Source of the DNA: Vulcanimicrobiota bacterium | GTDB lineage: Bacteria; Vulcanimicrobiota; Vulcanimicrobiia; Vulcanimicrobiales; Vulcanimicrobiaceae | Length of the DNA: 27,317 nucleotides | Direction of reading: 5' to 3' | Assembly (NCBI GenBank): GCA_963733295.1 | Contig: CAVTCS010000001.1 | Location: 1 to 27,317 of the forward strand | Shown: positions 9,397 to 17,906 of the stretch, piece by piece | Numbering within the stretch: position 1 is the stretch's first letter | Layout: each line of letters begins with the position of its first letter | Made by a program: the position numbers and the translations under genes | Notes under the pieces: generated by a model | What the model was told of the DNA's origin: nothing | Databases searched by the model: none | The model's input: the letters and a program-made list of their open reading frames with translations, nothing else

Positions 9397-10256
9397 ACGA
9401 GCCGCTCCGCGATCCGGAGCTTGGCGCTGCGCGAACGGGGATTCCGCTCGCGTTCGAGATCGGTTGCGACCAGTGGCTTGCGAGTCACTACCCCCAGACG
9501 CGGATCGTCGCGGAAAGTCTGCTTCACGATGCGGTCCTCGAGTGAGTGAAACGTGATGACGGCGATGCGCGCGCCCGCGGCGGTACGCTCGATCGCTGCG
9601 GCCAGTCCGCGTTCGAGGGCGCCCAGTTCGTCGTTGACCGCGATGCGCAAAGCCTGGAAGGTTCGCGTTGCCGGATGGATGCGCTCGCGGCGGCCACGGA
9701 CGTGCACGCTACCCGCAACGAGGCGCGCCAGCTCGAGGGTCGTCTGGGGCAGTCGGCCGGCCTCGCGGGCGCCGACGATCGCGCGAGCGATCCGGCGCGA
9801 AGCGCGCTCCTCACCGTAGCGATAGATGATGCCGGCGAGTTCTTCCTCAACGCTCGAGGCGAGCAAATCGGCCGCGCTCGGACCGCTGCCCGCGCTCATT
9901 CGCATGTCCAGCGGCCCATCCGCCGCAAACGAAAATCCGCGCTCGGGACGGTCGAGTTGCATCGAGCTGACGCCCAAGTCGAAAAGGATCCCGTCAACGC
10001 TTTCGACGCCGCGTTCGTCGAGCACGCGCGCCAGCTCGTCGAAGTTACGATGCACCAATTCAAGCGATGCGGCGCCGGCTTGTGGAGCACGCGCAGTGGG
10101 ATCGCGGTCGAACGCGAGAACGCGCGCGCCTCGTTCGACGAGCGCGCGGCTGTGGCCGCCGGCCCCGTAGGTCGCGTCGACGTAGAGGCCACCGGCTCGC
10201 ACCGCGAGTCCTGCGACGACTTCGTCGAGGAGAACCGGAACGTGCTCGGAGGCCAC
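9393..10256 (-). CDS. rsmH: 16S rRNA m4C1402 methyltransferase RsmH (MraW)
   Basis: HVPVLL, DATYGAGGH, DLGVSSMQLD..RGFSF, HPATRTFQALRIAVNDEL and NPRSRSAKLR motifs. Confidence 0.97.
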   Translation of the reverse strand: MASEHVPVLLDEVVAGLAVRAGGLYVDATYGAGGHSRALVERGARVLAFDRDPTARAPQAGAASLELVHRNFDELARVLDERGVESVDGILFDLGVSSMQLDRPERGFSFAADGPLDMRMSAGSGPSAADLLASSVEEELAGIIYRYGEERASRRIARAIVGAREAGRLPQTTLELARLVAGSVHVRGRRERIHPATRTFQALRIAVNDELGALERGLAAAIERTAAGARIAVITFHSLEDRIVKQTFRDDPRLGVVTRKPLVATDLERERNPRSRSAKLRIAERLV

Positions 10257-10257
10257 A

Positions 10258-10725
10258 CTAATAGAGACCCAGTTCCGACGACAGCGCGGCGGCGTCGTCG
10301 TTCGACGGTTTCATCTTCCCGAGCTTGTCCTTCGCCCAAAGTTCGACGCGAGTCAGCGAACCGATCGCGACGACTTCGCGCTCGATCGTGGCGTACGCGC
10401 GTTGCGCGGCCGGAACGAGCAAGCGGCCTTGCGCATCGCACGACGCTTCGTCGGTGTGCGCGAACAGATGGCGCACGAAGCGCCGGTAACGGTCGTCCTT
10501 CAGCGGCGCCGCGTCGAGCCGCTCGCAAAACGCTTCCCACGTCGCCGACGGGTAGAGTGCGAGACACGGATCGGGAGGTGCGATCGTTAGAATGAAGCCG
10601 CCTCCGAGGCGTTCGCGAAAGCGCGCCGGCACGACGAGCCGGCCCTTGTCGTCAAGGGTAAGCTCGACCCGGCCGGTAAAGCGCGGCAGATCGCGTGCCA
10701 GGGGAGAACCTCCACTTGGACCCAC
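10258..10725 (-). CDS. mraZ: Transcriptional regulator MraZ (start possibly CTG at 10701)
   Basis: Two SpoVT-AbrB repeats, LDDKGRLVVP and CDAQGRLLVP, plus RVELW. First gene of the dcw operon. Confidence 0.95.
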   Translation of the reverse strand: MGPSGGSPLARDLPRFTGRVELTLDDKGRLVVPARFRERLGGGFILTIAPPDPCLALYPSATWEAFCERLDAAPLKDDRYRRFVRHLFAHTDEASCDAQGRLLVPAAQRAYATIEREVVAIGSLTRVELWAKDKLGKMKPSNDDAAALSSELGLY

Positions 10726-10746
10726 CAGTTACCACTGGCCACCACT
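10712..10746 (-). promoter_or_regulatory. Four MraZ-binding GTGG direct repeats at 10-bp period
   Basis: Minus strand reads AGTGG-N5-AGTGG-N5-GGTGG-N5-AGTGG (plus-strand CCAC at 10712, 10722, 10732, 10742). This matches the known GTGG-type repeats bound by MraZ upstream of mraZ. Confidence 0.85.
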
Positions 10747-10772
10747 ATAACCCGCTACTCAAGGAGACGCAA
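10744..10772 (-). promoter_or_regulatory. Sigma70-type promoter of the dcw operon
   Basis: TTGCGT (10772-10767), 17-nt spacer, TATAGT (10749-10744). The -10 element overlaps the first MraZ box. Confidence 0.75.
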
Positions 10773-10997
10773 GGGCGCGCGCGATGTCGTGACGGCTGCT
10801 AACGCGCGTTGCGAGAGCGCGAATCGAACGTATGTACGAGCGACGCGACATGCTTTCCGGCGAACTCGGCCTGGCGCCTGACGGGGCTGGGTCAACAATA
10901 TTTCCGCGCTGGCGGATAGCCGATATGCCGGTTCGAAACGTTCCCTAGTAGAGCGCGTTGCGTGAGGACGCGCGGACGGAAGAGCGGGGCGGGAATC

Positions 10998-12044
10998 ATG
11001 GCAGAGTGCCTGAGCGGGCGCGGCGAGCTTCTCCGGGACGGCGCGTGGCGCGCGCGGATCGTTGCCGTCGTCATTGCTTTGGCGGTACTGACCGTTCCAG
11101 GCTTGGCGTCGGCGAAGTCGGTGCGCATGCACGGCCTCGTCTTGGCGGTCGAGCCGAAGAGCGGAGAGGTCATCGTACGTCACGACGCGTTCGACTCGAT
11201 GCCCTCGATGACGATGCCGTTCCGAGTCGTACCCCGCGAGCGGCTTGCCACGTTGCGAGCCGGCTCGGAAATAAGCGGATCGGTCGACACCAGCGGGGAC
11301 CCCTGGACGCTGAGCGACATCTCGATCGTCGCGTCGCAGACCGTCAGCGAACCCGCAATTCGCCGCGTGACGCCGCTTCGCACCGGCGACGAGATTCCCG
11401 ATCCGGCGCTCGTCGACCAGAACGGGGCGCCCTTCCGGTTCTCAGCGCTCCGCGGTCAAGACGTGGTGCTGGCGTTCATCTACACGCGCTGTCGGGATCC
11501 ACGCATGTGCCCTCTGATTTCTTCGAAGTTCTCCACGCTGCAGCGCAAGATCGGGACGCGTCCGATACACCTCGTCGAGGTCAGCCTCGATCCTTCGTTC
11601 GATCGCCCGCCGGTTCTCGAAAACTACGCCCGTACGTTCGGCGCCGACCCCCGGCACTGGACGATGGCGGTGGGCGGCGTCGATCCGACGCTCGATTTCG
11701 CGGCACGGCTCGGCGTGACCACGTTTCCGGATCCGAATACCGGGCTGATCCACTCCGAAAACACGGTGTTGATCTCTCCCGAGGGACGCATCCGCAGCAT
11801 GATCCTCGACAACGATTGGCAGCCGGACGAGTTGATCGCCGACATCGACGCCTCGCGCGGCCAGGCGGCCAACCCGATCGCGCGGCTCAATCTCTGGCTT
11901 ACGAAAGAAGCGGTCGCGCTTTGCGGAAACAGTGCCGCCGGCTTTAGCGGGCTGAGCGACTTGCTCATCGTGCTGACGATCTTCGGAGTGGGCGGCTACT
12001 TGATGTTCCGCATGGCCCGCGCCTTTGTGAAGGGCAGCACCTAA
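10998..12044 (+). CDS. SCO/SenC-family copper chaperone with N-terminal CusF-like copper-binding domain and C-terminal TM anchor
   Basis: Signal/TM segment, then VRHDAFDSMPSMTMPF (CusF-like H..M.M), then FIYTRCRDPRMCP, VSLDPSFD and IHSENT (SCO Cys pair plus His). Start uncertain (GTG 10962 or ATG 10998). Confidence 0.85.
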   Translation: MAECLSGRGELLRDGAWRARIVAVVIALAVLTVPGLASAKSVRMHGLVLAVEPKSGEVIVRHDAFDSMPSMTMPFRVVPRERLATLRAGSEISGSVDTSGDPWTLSDISIVASQTVSEPAIRRVTPLRTGDEIPDPALVDQNGAPFRFSALRGQDVVLAFIYTRCRDPRMCPLISSKFSTLQRKIGTRPIHLVEVSLDPSFDRPPVLENYARTFGADPRHWTMAVGGVDPTLDFAARLGVTTFPDPNTGLIHSENTVLISPEGRIRSMILDNDWQPDELIADIDASRGQAANPIARLNLWLTKEAVALCGNSAAGFSGLSDLLIVLTIFGVGGYLMFRMARAFVKGST

Positions 12045-12104
12045 ACTAAAATCATATCGCCACCCTGCGTCGTGTGCCGGGGGAGACGAGCGGTGTCGAC
12101 CGAA

Positions 12105-12704
12105 ATGGGTATGATGTTCGGTATGGGACGCCGGCAGCAGGAATGGCGTGGCCTCGAAGTTCCTCGCCGGCCTTGGACTCGCAAGGAGCGCCGCGTCGTG
12201 CTCCGAGGGTTTTTTGGACGCCTGCTGATCGCGGTCGAACCGCTGTTCATCGCCGGCTTCTTCGCGCTCTTGCCGATCGGACTGTGGCTGCGGCATCAGG
12301 AGGCCGTGGCGCTGCTCGCGCCGATCTTCGCGGTCGCCTCGCTCGCCTTCTTGGCGTACGCGATCGCGTTTATCGCACCGTCGGCACGCGCGCTGATCGC
12401 GACGTTTTCGCCGATCTACACGGTCGACGGCTACATCCGCTACCGGACCTCGCCGGAAGGCGAGCCCGAATACTACGTTGCTGCGCTCAGCGCCGACCGC
12501 CGGACCCTCGGCGAATGGCCGCTCCGCGAGTGGCCCCATTCGATCGGAACGCGCAACGTGTGGCCCGTCGTGGTGGAGTTCAGCCGCTACGGTGGCATCC
12601 ACAAGATCGATGGCCACTCGACCGGCGTCCTGCCGGACGAGATCGCTCCCTTCGGCGTCGGCATCGCGCGCGACGAAGAGAACAAAGGCCGTAAGTTCGG
12701 CTAG
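12105..12704 (+). CDS. Hypothetical membrane protein (two N-terminal TM helices and a soluble C-terminal domain)
   Basis: Protein-like composition, two hydrophobic segments, fills the gap between the SCO gene and the cox operon. Start uncertain (12072-12126). Confidence 0.7.
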   Translation: MGMMFGMGRRQQEWRGLEVPRRPWTRKERRVVLRGFFGRLLIAVEPLFIAGFFALLPIGLWLRHQEAVALLAPIFAVASLAFLAYAIAFIAPSARALIATFSPIYTVDGYIRYRTSPEGEPEYYVAALSADRRTLGEWPLREWPHSIGTRNVWPVVVEFSRYGGIHKIDGHSTGVLPDEIAPFGVGIARDEENKGRKFG

Positions 12705-12931
12705 GAGCCCAGGTTCGCCGGCGGCAGGTCGATCTTCGTCGAGCTGATCGAGGGCCAAACGTGCGCCCAAGGCGACGAGGCGAGGGACACGAACAGGCCC
12801 TGCATCAGCGAGCACAAGCCCGCGGCGAGAACGAAAAGCAGGACGCCGCCGGTGATGCCGATTCGGCCGGGAGGGAACGTCTCTTCCTGGTGGTCGGTCG
12901 GATCGGTCGCGAAATGCGCGTCGTGACTCAC
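12701..12931 (-). CDS. Small membrane protein (about 76 aa), last gene of the cox operon
   Basis: GTG at 12931 overlaps the upstream stop as GTGA, with AGGAG upstream. His/acidic N-terminus (SHDAHFATDPTDHQEE) and one long TM. Confidence 0.65.
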   Translation of the reverse strand: MSHDAHFATDPTDHQEETFPPGRIGITGGVLLFVLAAGLCSLMQGLFVSLASSPWAHVWPSISSTKIDLPPANLGS

Positions 12932-13128
12932 GAGCGGACTCCTAACACGTTGATTGCGGCCAAGAGGGCCAAGACGCAACCGAGGGCCATGAGGCCGAGT
13001 AAGAGCTTGGTCACGGTGGCGTCGAGCCCTCGCGCCGCCCAGTCGTTCTTCAATTGAACCGTCGCCGTAATGCCGACCAGGAGCGCTCCGACGAACGCGA
13101 TGCCTCTTTCGATAATTGCTTCACTCAT
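12928..13128 (-). CDS. Small two-TM protein (66 aa), possible oxidase accessory or subunit IV-like protein
   Basis: Starts 3 nt after the coxC stop, two hydrophobic helices. Confidence 0.7.
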   Translation of the reverse strand: MSEAIIERGIAFVGALLVGITATVQLKNDWAARGLDATVTKLLLGLMALGCVLALLAAINVLGVRS

Positions 13129-13131
13129 CGC

Positions 13132-13767
13132 TCACCACAGATAGAACAGGAAGAAGAGCGCGACCCAGATCACGTCGACGAAGTGCCAGTACAACGTCGC
13201 CGCAGTCATTCCGAAATACTTGGAGCCGGTATACACGCCGCGATTGGCTTGAATCCCAATGACCGTCAGATAGCACACACCGATGAAAACGTGGAATCCG
13301 TGCATGCCGGTCAAGGTGAAGAAAGAGGCGCCCATCGTCGTGCCCTGCCAGCTGATGCCGACGACCGAGTACTCGTGCGCTTGACCGAGCAGAAAGCCGA
13401 TTCCCAGTATGATCGTCGCGATCAGCCAGCGATTGAACTTCGCCTTGTTGAGGTGCTTCCAGTTCTCGAGCGCGAAGTGCATCGTCACCCCCGAGCCGAA
13501 CAGCACGATCGAGTTCATCGCTGCAAAGCTCGTGTCGAACCACGGTAGCTGGTGCCCGTTGAGGAAGGGCGGCCACGCGGGAGCCGACGTGCGGAGATAG
13601 ACGTAGGCGAAGATGAACGACGAGAACAGGATACAGTCGCTGAGCAGAATCAGGACGAAGCCGACCAGCCGGATATCGCGCGTTTCGCCGTAGACGGGGT
13701 CGACGTCGTGATAGCGTGCCGCTACCGCCGCGTGTCCGTCGAGGTCATGGATTGCCGCAGCCGCCAT
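13132..13767 (-). CDS. coxC: Cytochrome c oxidase subunit III (CtaE)
   Basis: LILLSDCILFSSF, NSIVLFGSG, GQAHEY, FFTLTGMHGFHV and LYWHFVDVIW motifs. Confidence 0.95.
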   Translation of the reverse strand: MAAAAIHDLDGHAAVAARYHDVDPVYGETRDIRLVGFVLILLSDCILFSSFIFAYVYLRTSAPAWPPFLNGHQLPWFDTSFAAMNSIVLFGSGVTMHFALENWKHLNKAKFNRWLIATIILGIGFLLGQAHEYSVVGISWQGTTMGASFFTLTGMHGFHVFIGVCYLTVIGIQANRGVYTGSKYFGMTAATLYWHFVDVIWVALFFLFYLW

Positions 13768-13770
13768 CGG

Positions 13771-15496
13771 TTACGCGCCTGCCATTGCGGGCACCGGCAG
13801 CACGACCTTCCCGTATTCGGGGTACGTCTGAATTTCGTTGTCGGTGTTGCTATACGGCAAGGGCTGATCGAAGTCGTACGGGCCGTGGAACACTTGCGGG
13901 ATCTTCTTGAAGTTGTAGTACGGCGGCGGCGAACTGATCGTCCACTCGAGCGTGCGCGCGCCCCACGGGTTGATGCCGGCGATCCGGCCGTGCCGTAGGC
14001 TCCAGATCGCGTTGAACACGAGCAACCCGATCGACGCGACCATGAAGAACGAGAACACGGTCTCGAACCGGTTCCAGAACACCGCGTCCGGATTAAGCGC
14101 GGCGAAGTTCGCGTACGACGCGTAGCGGCGCGGCATACCTTCGAGACCGAGCCAGTGCATGGGCAAGAACGTGCCGTTGAGGCCGATGAAGAACAGCCAG
14201 AACCCGACTTGCCCCCACCGCTCGTTCATCATGCGGCCGGTCGCCTTGGGATACCAATAAGGAATGGCAGCCAGGAAACCCATCACCGCTCCGCCGGCGA
14301 CCACGTAGTGGAAGTGTCCGACGACGAAATACGAGCCGTGCATCGTGGAAATCGACCGGCACCGAGGCCAAGAAGATGCCCGTGATTCCGCCGAACGTGA
14401 ACGTGATCAAGAAGCCGAGCGCGTAGAGCATCGGCGCCGTGAGGTGAATCCGTCCGCCCCACACGGTCGCCAACCACGAGAACATCTTGATGCCCGTCGG
14501 GATGCCGATGGCGTAGGTGAGAATCATGAAGGGCAGCTGCAGCCAGGGAGCCAGGCCGCTTGGGAACATGTGGTGCGCCCAGACCGTAAAGGACAAGAGC
14601 GCGATCGCCATCGAGGAGAAGGCGATGATCTTGTAGCCGAATACCGGCTTGCGTGAAAAGGTCGGCAATATCTCCGATACCACGCCGAAGGCCGGAATGA
14701 TGAAGATGTACACCGCCGGGTGCGAGTAGAACCAGAACATGTGCTGGTAGAGCACCGCGCTACCGCCGCGAGTCGGATCGTAGAACGGAACGTTGAAGAC
14801 GTGCTCGAGGAAGAGCGCTCCCACCGCCGCCGACAGCGCGACGGTCGCAGCCATGTTCATGAGCGCGGTCGCGAAGGTCGCCCAACAGAACAGAGGCATG
14901 CGGGTCCAGGTCATTCCGGGAGCGCGCATCTTGATCATCGTGACCATGAAGTTCATCCCGGTCATCGTCGAACTGATCCCGACCACGAAGATCGCACTGC
15001 ACCACAGCGCGCCGGCCGTTCCGTCCGCCAGCGAAATGGGCGGATACTCCGTCCACCCGGCGTGCGGGCCGCCGAACAGCATCGAACTGAAGAGCAGCGT
15101 CGCGGCCACCGGGACGATCCAGAAGCTCACCATGTTGAGCCAGGGGAAGGCCACGTCGCGCGCGCCGATCTGGAGCGGCATGACGAAGTTGCCGAGCGCT
15201 CCCGTCACCAGCGGAATCAAGACGATCCACACCATCGCCGTCCCGTGCATCGTGAACATCTCGTTATACGTGTTGTGGCTCATGATGGCGCCGTTGGGAT
15301 CGGTCAACTGCAGGCGAATGAGCTCCGCAAACGATCCGGCGATGAGCATGACGAGCAAGCCGAGGATGAAGTACTGGAACCCGATCACCTTGTGATCGAG
15401 CGAGAAAACGTATTTCCGTACGAATCCTGTCGGCGCCGGATGGATGTGATCGTGAACTTCGTGCGACTCGTGCGTCGTGCTCGTTGAGGCGTGCAT
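13771..15496 (-). CDS. coxA: Cytochrome c oxidase subunit I (CtaD), type A2 (one apparent +1 frameshift near 14344)
   Basis: DHKVIG, TMHG, AFPWLN, GWTEYPP, WFYSHPAVY and VWAHHMF are in ORF 14093..15496. VVGHFHYV, GMPRRY and NPW..RTLEW are in ORF 13771..14343. The junction TTC CAC G ATG CAC has one extra base. Confidence 0.95.
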
Positions 15497-15508
15497 GCGC
15501 GTTACTTC

Positions 15509-16621
15509 CTACTTCAGACTGACGAGATAAGCGGTAAGATTAGCAATGTCTTTGGGGGACAGTCCGTTGGCTTGACTGTTGGGCATCGTACCGATCGGAC
15601 CGGTGAAACCATCCTGTAAGATCGCGGCGATGTTTTCCGGAGTTGGCGGCTTATCGGTCACCAAGTTCGGATGCGCCGGATCGTCGGTGATTTTCGCGAG
15701 ACCTGGACCGACGAGCTTTTGATCGAACGGCGTCGGCGGATTGTTGTGGCAAGCAGCGCATTTTTGCGTGAACAACGCTTTGCCGGCGTCGGCCGTTCCG
15801 GTCGAAAGATCGATCGGGCCGCCGGCCGCGGGTTTGGTTTTTTCCGCGGCGAGCCATTTGTTAAACGCGGCGACGGGTTCGATGACGAGCTTGCCCTGCA
15901 TCAGGCTATGATCGGGACCGCAAAACTCCGAACACGCGATCGGGTACGTCCCGGGCCGTATCAAAGTGAAGTTGAGCGGCGCCACCAATCCCGGCACGGC
16001 GGCTATTTTAAGCCTGATGTCCGGAACCCACCATTGATGGATCACGTCGGCCGAGGTAACCAAGATCCGGATAGGGACGCCGCTCGGAAGATGCATCGCC
16101 TCGGTCTTCGAAAATACCGACGTCTTGAGACCGGGGTAGCGATACTCGAAATAAAACTGGTGGCCGATGACTTCGGCGGTGAGGGCGGGTGCCGCGGTGC
16201 CGAACTGGATCTGATACCAGACGACGATGCTGAGCCACGTCAGGATTATCAGCAGGATCGTCGGGATGATCGTCCACCAAAACTCGAGCTTCGGCGAATC
16301 GTGAATCTGACGGCCGATGGTTTCGGCAGAGTCGCTCGCGCGAGCGCGGAACGCGATCGCGAAGTAGACCACGTATCCACCGACGAGAATCATGATCCCG
16401 TTTCCGAAGACCGCCATGAACTTGAAAAGTCCGTCGCTAGCTATCGTGCTGTCGCTGACGGGATTCCACGCGTTCGGCAACAGCCAGTCGAGATTGCCAA
16501 ACAGAAAATACCACGCGTTCGCGATGCAAAGCAGAACTAACACACCGGTTACCGGCCAAAACCCCGGCCCGAGACCCTGGAATTGAACCTCTGCCGGCGA
16601 GGGTTCTGCGCGTTGAGCCAA
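15509..16621 (-). CDS. coxB: Cytochrome c oxidase subunit II with C-terminal cytochrome c domain (caa3 type, CtaC)
   Basis: LEFWWTIIP, DVIHQWW and CSEFCGPDHSLM (CuA ligands), C-terminal CAACH heme c motif and distal Met (GTMP). TTG 16621 follows an AAGGGGGA RBS. Confidence 0.94.
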   Translation of the reverse strand: MAQRAEPSPAEVQFQGLGPGFWPVTGVLVLLCIANAWYFLFGNLDWLLPNAWNPVSDSTIASDGLFKFMAVFGNGIMILVGGYVVYFAIAFRARASDSAETIGRQIHDSPKLEFWWTIIPTILLIILTWLSIVVWYQIQFGTAAPALTAEVIGHQFYFEYRYPGLKTSVFSKTEAMHLPSGVPIRILVTSADVIHQWWVPDIRLKIAAVPGLVAPLNFTLIRPGTYPIACSEFCGPDHSLMQGKLVIEPVAAFNKWLAAEKTKPAAGGPIDLSTGTADAGKALFTQKCAACHNNPPTPFDQKLVGPGLAKITDDPAHPNLVTDKPPTPENIAAILQDGFTGPIGTMPNSQANGLSPKDIANLTAYLVSLK

Positions 16622-16699
16622 CGTTGAAAGTCCCCCTTGTCGGCGCAATATTAGCGCCGACAGCGCCTGTCCCTTGCGTTAAATGGAACGTTTCTCAGT

Positions 16700-16738
16700 G
16701 CAACTGCGGCGTAACCTAAACGCAACCGCTGCGTAACC
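16700..16738 (-). promoter_or_regulatory. Four 11-bp-period direct repeats upstream of coxB, putative response-regulator operator
   Basis: Plus strand GCAACT/GTAACC/GCAACC/GTAACC at 16700, 16711, 16722 and 16733. Confidence 0.5.
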
Positions 16739-16757
16739 GCAGCGGTGGAGCGCTTTT

Positions 16758-16925
16758 TTAGCCGACGGGCGGTCTCGGCTGCACGCGCCGATCGAGTATC
16801 AACCCGACTGCGACGCCAAGGAGCACACCGTAAACGAGACCGACGACGACGTTACCCTCAAGCGAACCGATCCCCGCGCCGACCACGGCACCGACGAAGA
16901 CCGCAAGCCAAATTTTCTTCCTCAC
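16758..16925 (-). CDS. Small glycine-rich two-TM protein (about 55 aa)
   Basis: GTG 16925 preceded by GGAGG. Sequence RKKIWLAVFVGAVVGAGIGSLEGNVVVGLVYGVLLGVAVGLIL. Confidence 0.65.
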   Translation of the reverse strand: MRKKIWLAVFVGAVVGAGIGSLEGNVVVGLVYGVLLGVAVGLILDRRVQPRPPVG

Positions 16926-17161
16926 GATCAAGCCTCCGAGCTGAAGATCCAACCGCACGTACCCTCGTGAAGTGAGGGCGCACCGACGGAGTTGTCTCTT
17001 TTGCTCCGGGGGCCGCTGTACCTACAGTTGAGGACCCGGCCTGCCCGCCGCCCCGGCGCCGGGGAAGCTTCCGCGCTAGGCCCGCCGCTGTTTGGGACCC
17101 TCGACATGGGGAAAAAACTCCCGGTTCGATGCCGCGTGCTCGAGCGATTGGAGAATGCAGC

Positions 17162-17404
17162 ATGACACCGACCACCGGTGGCGACACCGCAGCGGAGCTC
17201 GCCGGGCGAATTAAAGTTAGTCGAATCGATCCAGCCAAAGCGGATGAAGCAGGCCGGCCGCCGAGCGACAGGCCACCGGCGTTCGCTGATGCGCTCATGT
17301 CCGAGAAGCCCATCTCGGTCGAGCGCGGCGCGAAGCTGACCGACGCCGATTGGGACCTCATCCAGCAGGCCTTGCTGCACTACGCAGCCTGCGGCGGCGC
17401 ATAA
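17162..17404 (+). CDS. Hypothetical protein (about 80 aa)
   Basis: GGAG upstream of ATG 17162. Amphipathic C-terminus LTDADWDLIQQALLHY. Confidence 0.55.
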   Translation: MTPTTGGDTAAELAGRIKVSRIDPAKADEAGRPPSDRPPAFADALMSEKPISVERGAKLTDADWDLIQQALLHYAACGGA

Positions 17405-17428
17405 GCCGCGCGCGTAGGCTGAGGCCCC

Positions 17429-17824
17429 TCAGCCGGGGTTGACGACGATCGCCTTTTTCGAGCCTTCGAGAAGGGCGATCAGTTCTTGCTGTTCGGGAGG
17501 CTGCACTTCGCATGCGTCCAGCGAGCGTCGAAAGTCGTCCATGAACCACGACCATTCTTCTTCCGTAATCATGAGGTGGCGGTGCGACTCGCCCATGGAC
17601 CGGCCTGTATACGTCTGCGGGCCGCCGCTGGCCCAACAGGTCATCTCGGTGACGATGTATTTAAAGCCCGGTTTCGAGATGCGCTGGTTGGCCTCTCGAA
17701 CGCGCGGATTCGCCTCCAACCTCGGATCGGCCATGATCCGTTCGATGAAGTCGTCCACGACGATCGCGATTCGGTAAGCGCCGCCCAGGCGTTCGTAGAG
17801 GGACCGCTCCCCCTGAGTCTTCAC
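17429..17824 (-). CDS. Group 1 truncated hemoglobin (trHbN/GlbN-like)
   Basis: SLYERLGG, GGPQTYTGRSM..SH (proximal His F8) and .I...EW..F pattern, 131 aa. Confidence 0.92.
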   Translation of the reverse strand: MKTQGERSLYERLGGAYRIAIVVDDFIERIMADPRLEANPRVREANQRISKPGFKYIVTEMTCWASGGPQTYTGRSMGESHRHLMITEEEWSWFMDDFRRSLDACEVQPPEQQELIALLEGSKKAIVVNPG

Positions 17825-17906
17825 CCCGCGTCAATTCCAAGCGACGACTCGGAAATCCACTCGCGTGCGGTAGGGAAAGGCTCGCTCTGCGCCAGAGAAA
17901 CGTGCC

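Noticed and set aside
158..10595. Many long plus-strand and alternate-frame ORFs over the dcw genes (e.g. 1217..2743, 2786..3940, 8213..9196, 9546..10595)
   Set aside because: Arg/Ala/Pro-rich shadow ORFs expected at high GC. They overlap well-supported genes and have no motifs.
10712..10746. Short periodic repeats as a CRISPR or iteron array
   Set aside because: Units are only 4-5 bp and are explained as MraZ boxes. No cas or rep genes are present.
10755..11183. 142-aa minus-strand ORF upstream of mraZ
   Set aside because: Overlaps the SCO gene antisense and the dcw promoter, with low-complexity composition.
11442..12815. 457-aa minus-strand ORF
   Set aside because: Antisense to the SCO gene and the membrane-protein gene, no recognisable domain.
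17090..17115. GTTT-N15-GGGAAA SigB/SigF-like promoter on the plus strand
   Set aside because: Short degenerate match inside a structured region with no independent support.
16940..17125. Assignment to a known RNA (6S, glycine, c-di-AMP, guanidine-I or cobalamin riboswitch, hammerhead)
   Set aside because: Only short fragments resemble each consensus (e.g. CTGAAGA without a matching GAAA, CACCGACGGAG without CTCTCAGG). Kept only as an unassigned candidate.
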